A stretch of 62,598 nt of DNA, counting the filler, from Collodictyon triciliatum (taxonomy: Eukaryota), in the NCBI GenBank assembly GCA_043381765.1. It is 5 parts of 4 records of this genome, joined end to end, with 100 filler letters (N's around TTAATTAATTAA, not from the genome) between each part and the next. Parts side by side here need not be neighbours in the genome. Positions count along the whole stretch, not along the records: positions 48,950 to 62,598 come from JBHJMP010000088.1; 4 more parts are not named here. One strand, 5' to 3'. Under the pieces are notes generated by a model. The model was not told the DNA's origin. It did no database searches and saw only the letters and a program-made list of their open reading frames with translations. Below are positions 56,101 through 62,598 of this stretch, piece after piece. How positions within the stretch are numbered: position 1 is the first letter of the stretch; each line of letters begins with the position of its first letter. The translations under genes and the position numbers were made by a program.

Positions 56101-56114
56101 ATCGCGCAGTTCCG
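50114..56114 (+). CDS. P4-type ATPase phospholipid flippase (DRS2/ATP8A-like), 3' partial (TM5-10 absent)
   Basis: Motifs: [148 protein letters not shown] and [22 protein letters not shown]. The gene breaks at gap 56189-56285. Confidence 0.95.
50245..50495 (+). repeat. (GAGAAA/GAAAAA)n purine tract in P4-ATPase intron 1
   Basis: Direct observation. Confidence 0.9.
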
Positions 56115-56394
56115 GTCTGTAGAAAGCATTTCATTTCTGTCACAATAAGATTGATTGATACTTTTTTGTTTTTTGTTTTTTGTTTTTTNNNNNNNNNNNN
56201 NNNNNNNNNNNNNNNNNNNNNNNNNNNNNNNNNNNNNNNNNNNNNNNNNNNNNNNNNNNNNNNNNNNNNNNNNNNNNNNNNNNNNTTTTTTTGTTTTTGT
56301 TCTTCGCTGCCTCCGTTTGTCTGACCCTGAAGAAGGTGCCGGGCTCGTGGACAATATAAGTGACGGAAATGCTTGTGCAGGTCAAGAAGGCTGA

Positions 56395-57152
56395 ATGCCG
56401 AGACGAGAGCTTTGCGTTGCTCGCTTTCCTGCGGGCGAATCGGTCGTTTGTGTTGCTTTCTGTGACTCTACGGAGGGCCGCGCAAGTGCAGAGACGGAGG
56501 CTAATCGTGTCTCTGATGCTGGCAATAGTGTCTATGACCTCGTCGATGTCTTTCTATATGCAAATGCACCGGGATATGCAAGAGTGAATCGAGACTCTCT
56601 GGTCGCGCTGGATGTCTTCCGAAGGTGTTTGGAAGGAGAAAAACAAGACAGTCCTTCTCTTCAGGTTCTTCATGTCTCCTCTTTTGTGTCTCCATATTTT
56701 TATCCCATTTTTTCTCTCTTTTTTCTCTCTTTTTTCTCTCTTTTTTTATCTCTCTTTTTTTATCTCTCTTTTTTTATCTCTCTTTTTTTATCTCTCTTTT
56801 TTTTATCTCTCTTTTTTTATCTCTCTTTTTTTATCTCNNNNNNNNNNNNNNNNNNNNNNNNNNNNNNNNNNNNNNNNNNNNNNNNNNNNNNNNNNNNNNN
56901 NNNNNNNNNNNNNNNNNNNNNNNNNNNNNNNNNNNNNAAAAGAAAAGAAAAGAAAAGAAAAGAAAAGAAAAGAAAAGAAAAGAAAAGAAAAGAAAAGAAA
57001 AGAAAAGAAAAGAAAAGAAAAGAAAAGAAAAGAATACAAAGAAAAGCAACCAAACGCTGTGAGAGGCTCCCGTACTCGCTTCTTTGTGGAATATGGCGAA
57101 TCAGTGTCCCGAGTCTTTTGTTGATCTTCTGCAACTCATCAAACTGTCTTAA
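56395..57152 (+). CDS. Hypothetical small protein (2+ exons, interrupted by a gap)
   Basis: A GC-richer open segment MPRRELCVARFPAGESVVCVAFCD...PSLQ ends at a cag|gt donor. After the gap a coding-like stretch reads APVLASLWNMANQCPESFVDLLQLIKLS*. No family was recognised. Confidence 0.35.
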
Positions 57153-57472
57153 GCGTTGGACTGTTTCGCATTCCGATCAACTTACATTCCACAAGTGGAG
57201 CACATATTTATACAAATTTTTTTATCCTTTTCAAGGAAACAAAAGCTATTTTTACTGAACAGAAAAGAAAACAGAGAAAAGAAAAGAAAAAAGAAAAGAA
57301 AAAAGAAAAGAAAAAAGAAAAGAAAAAGAAAAGAAAAAAGGAAAGAAAAAAGGAAAGAAAAAAGAAAAGAAAAAAGAAAAATAGACTAAATTAATGGCGG
57401 GGTGTGTGTCAGTGTCTAGATATCCGGGTGTATCGCATAACCGAATTTTATTGATGCGTAATGCAATCCAAA

Positions 57473-59279
57473 TTAAAAGGAGTTACAATCAAATACAGAG
57501 GAGAGGCAGCTAATGTAGGTGCACACATGGCACCATTCAGTTCCGTCAACGTTCTGATTAAACAAGTGGATGCCAAAGTAGAAGAAGACCATCAGGCCAG
57601 CAGCAGCACCGATAGACGAGCATATCCTGTAGACCGAGAGTCGCTTCTTTGTGTCGACTTTCGGCAACAAAATGACTCCAGCCAGCGTTCCAGCCAAGAG
57701 TCCTCCGATATGTGAGAAATTGTCGACCCCAGGGAGTAAGCCCACAGTAAGTGAAACAAGCATCTGGAAGGTCATTTGAAAGAGAATCTTCCACGGGTTC
57801 TTTTTGATTCTACAAAGAATCGCCCAGTTCATGAATAAATCTATAAACATGCAGCCCATCAACCCATAAAGCGACCCCGATGCACCAACCTGGACATGGT
57901 TTGGGAGGAATAAAGTGCTTGCTACATTTCCCCCAACACCAGCGATAAAATACACCAAGGCCATTCGTACGTAACCATACTGCATCTCCAAATCCCTACA
58001 GATATTGAGCTGCACGAACATATTGGCGATGTAATGGAACATTCCCGCGTGCAGGAAAATGGGCGTGATGTATCTGTACTTTTGATTTTTCGGCAGGCGC
58101 ATATAAGGTCCGTACTTTGCTCCCAAGTCCAGCAATACATCGATCTTTGGACCAGCCCATGGGTTGCGTCCAAGTGGCTCGAAGCCTCCGTTCAAAGCCA
58201 CCTGCAACACAAGCAATTCTTGATGAGTTTTGTACATAAATATAGGATTCCAGATCACTGCGGGCAATTGATTGATGTTCAACAGGGAAATTAAAATAAG
58301 AGTTTGATTCGAGCATTTATATATGAATTCGAAACATGATATGGAAAAAGCGAGATCGAATTCACCTCTGTAATAAGTACAGCCAACTGAGCAGCTGTTA
58401 TGGTATAGGTGAAATATGGGCGATGCCTCACTTTCTTCTGCGTTCTATAAAAAAACTCAATTAGAATGCAAAATATTGGGTCGGATGTATAATATTTTTT
58501 TCTCAAAATGATGACAGATTATATAAATATTTGCGAAAGAAAAAAGAAATGCCAAACGTCGTTTTCACTCAAGGTTTTTTCTCACAATCACAAGGACATG
58601 TCTTTTTAAATATAATGACTATATCTTGATACGTGTTTGTCGCTTCAGGGTCACTCCTTCCATTATTTACTCCCTCTGCTGATGAGTTTTCTTTATTTGA
58701 AGCTTATGTGAGTCGATAAACTGAAATAGGATATCCTTTTTATCGTAAATATCAATAAAATATTCAATAATTGATAGCTATTCTTGGGAGCAGTTTTCTG
58801 TATTATTTGTGTAAGTGAATAAGAGTAGCGTGAAAAGAAAAAAAACCTGTGGAGTTCTCAACTGTGATGTTGCATACACCCGCTAAGTCTTCATTTCCTC
58901 CTTGATCGATTCCTTTTACCTGTGATCATTTTTATCACTTTCATAATTCAGGAAGCATGATATGATGAAAAGCATGAACAAAATATCGGCAAGCAGCCCC
59001 AAACGATCGACAAAAGCATCAATGGAAAAGGAAATGCCTCAGTCAGATCTTATCAGAGTGCAAGTAATGAAATATCAAGGCCGCAACAGCAAAGAAGCCT
59101 ATTATAATACAATTCACACAAATAAAGCTTTGCTGCTGCCTTACTGATTCGTCTTGCTCTTTTGCTCTCTCCACCACGGTTGTTTGAGTACAGTTCTCTT
59201 GCTGTCTTTTCTCCATTTGTTGTTGATTTCTTGTCCTTGTGCCTCTGTCTCCAAGATCTACTTCCGACGTGTTCTGCAT
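57473..59279 (-). CDS. Rhomboid intramembrane serine protease, predicted active
   Basis: Five exons. Motifs: RPYFTYTI, NPWAGP, LGAKYGP, YRYITPIFLHAGMFHYIANM, catalytic GASG, catalytic His in DNFSHIGG, and a C-terminal WCHVCTYISC cysteine motif. Confidence 0.92.
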
Positions 59280-59849
59280 CTGCTTCAAACCGCCTTCTCG
59301 CGTTCTCTTATTTCAGAAACTTGACGCTTGGCATGCGCCTAGATAGCAGCCAGCTTGTTGCAACCTCATCTAACGAATCTTATCTATATTGATCTTCGTT
59401 TCAAACGTTCAAACATTTGAATCTGCACAGATCAATCATCCGTCGCAAAGTGCTTGAGTTTTCGAATAAAACAAAACAAAAAACAAAAAACAAAAAACAA
59501 GAANNNNNNNNNNNNNNNNNNNNNNNNNNNNNNNNNNNNNNNNNNNNNNNNNNNNNNNNNNNNNNNNNNNNNNNNNNNNNNNNNNNNNNNNNNNNNNNNN
59601 NNNATAAAACATAAAACAAAAAACATAAAACAAAAAACATAAAACAAAAAACATAAAACAAAAAACAAAAAACAAAAAACAAAAAACATAAAACATAAAA
59701 CAAAAAACATAAAACAAAAAACATAAAACATAAAACAAAACAGACAACTGTGGTGCTCTTGCCAAGCCGTGCAGTCTGGAAGAACAAAGTTGAGCCCAAA
59801 GACAGTCGACAATCGGACTGCACTGACTCAAACTACGCCAAGAAGCAGA

Positions 59850-62054
<2,205 letters not shown>

Positions 62055-62598
62055 TCGCCCCGTGCTTCCTCACCTCATATCTCGTACTTATTTTTTTCTT
62101 TTGGGCAGAGCCATACATCTCGCACTTTTACACATGGGTTGTTACCTTTACGTTGTATAAACACACACGCACCAAAACCAGAACCAATTGCAAAAGAGCA
62201 GAGAAGAGCTTGTCTAACTTTCAGTCGACTAAATTGGTGTAGCTTATGTTTCTAGATAAATTTCCATATTTGTGTAAATTCATTAAATATTCTAATGCGC
62301 TCCACCATATATGTCTCTCATGGGCGCAATCAAGACAAGAAAAAAAGTTTGACATGCTTCAAGCACGAAGGAATCCGCCAAGCAAGTTTCTTTATTCCCA
62401 AGCCGAAACGGAATCGTGGAGGAAAACAAGCAACATACCACATAACGACCTTGTGTTGTTTGGGGCGATCGTCTGTACCAAATGAGACAAGATGTTTCTT
62501 GTTCTTTCTTCTTTTCTTGCGTTGTTCGTTCTCTGCGCTTTGTCCGCTTTTTGATTGAGGGATGTCGTTTTGTTGGCAGCTGAAGTGCTTTGAAACAA

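Overview
This window is AT-rich, very intron-rich, microsatellite-laden nuclear DNA from a eukaryote, probably a protist, using the standard genetic code. It is not one continuous locus. Four 100-nt spacers (44 N + TTAATTAATTAA + 44 N) join five independent scaffolds (1-21181, 21282-33154, 33255-41468, 41569-48849, 48950-62598), so gene order across those joins carries no meaning. Manual splicing gives these genes: a kinesin-6 (KIF20-like) with a degenerate motor, ROGDI/Rav2, a predicted 2,357-aa LRR - TRP channel - SPRY protein, a partial sulfotransferase, Rictor, a partial TSNAXIP1-like gene, a partial class-I-like PI3K, an NHL-repeat protein, condensin II subunit CAP-H2, a partial DRS2/ATP8A-type P4-ATPase, a possible orphan gene, an active rhomboid protease and Borealin. 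About 1 kb of the Borealin 3' end and downstream sequence occurs twice, slightly diverged. The best candidate for an undescribed system is the gene at 11283-19452. It fuses a signal-peptide-less LRR array to a six-TM TRP channel that mixes polycystin (TRPP) and TRPC/TRPM hallmarks, followed by extra hydrophobic helices and SPRY-like domains, and could be an intracellular LRR-sensor-gated cation channel. The second candidate is the apparently catalytically dead kinesin-6. All family assignments come from motif recognition by eye; no database searches were run.
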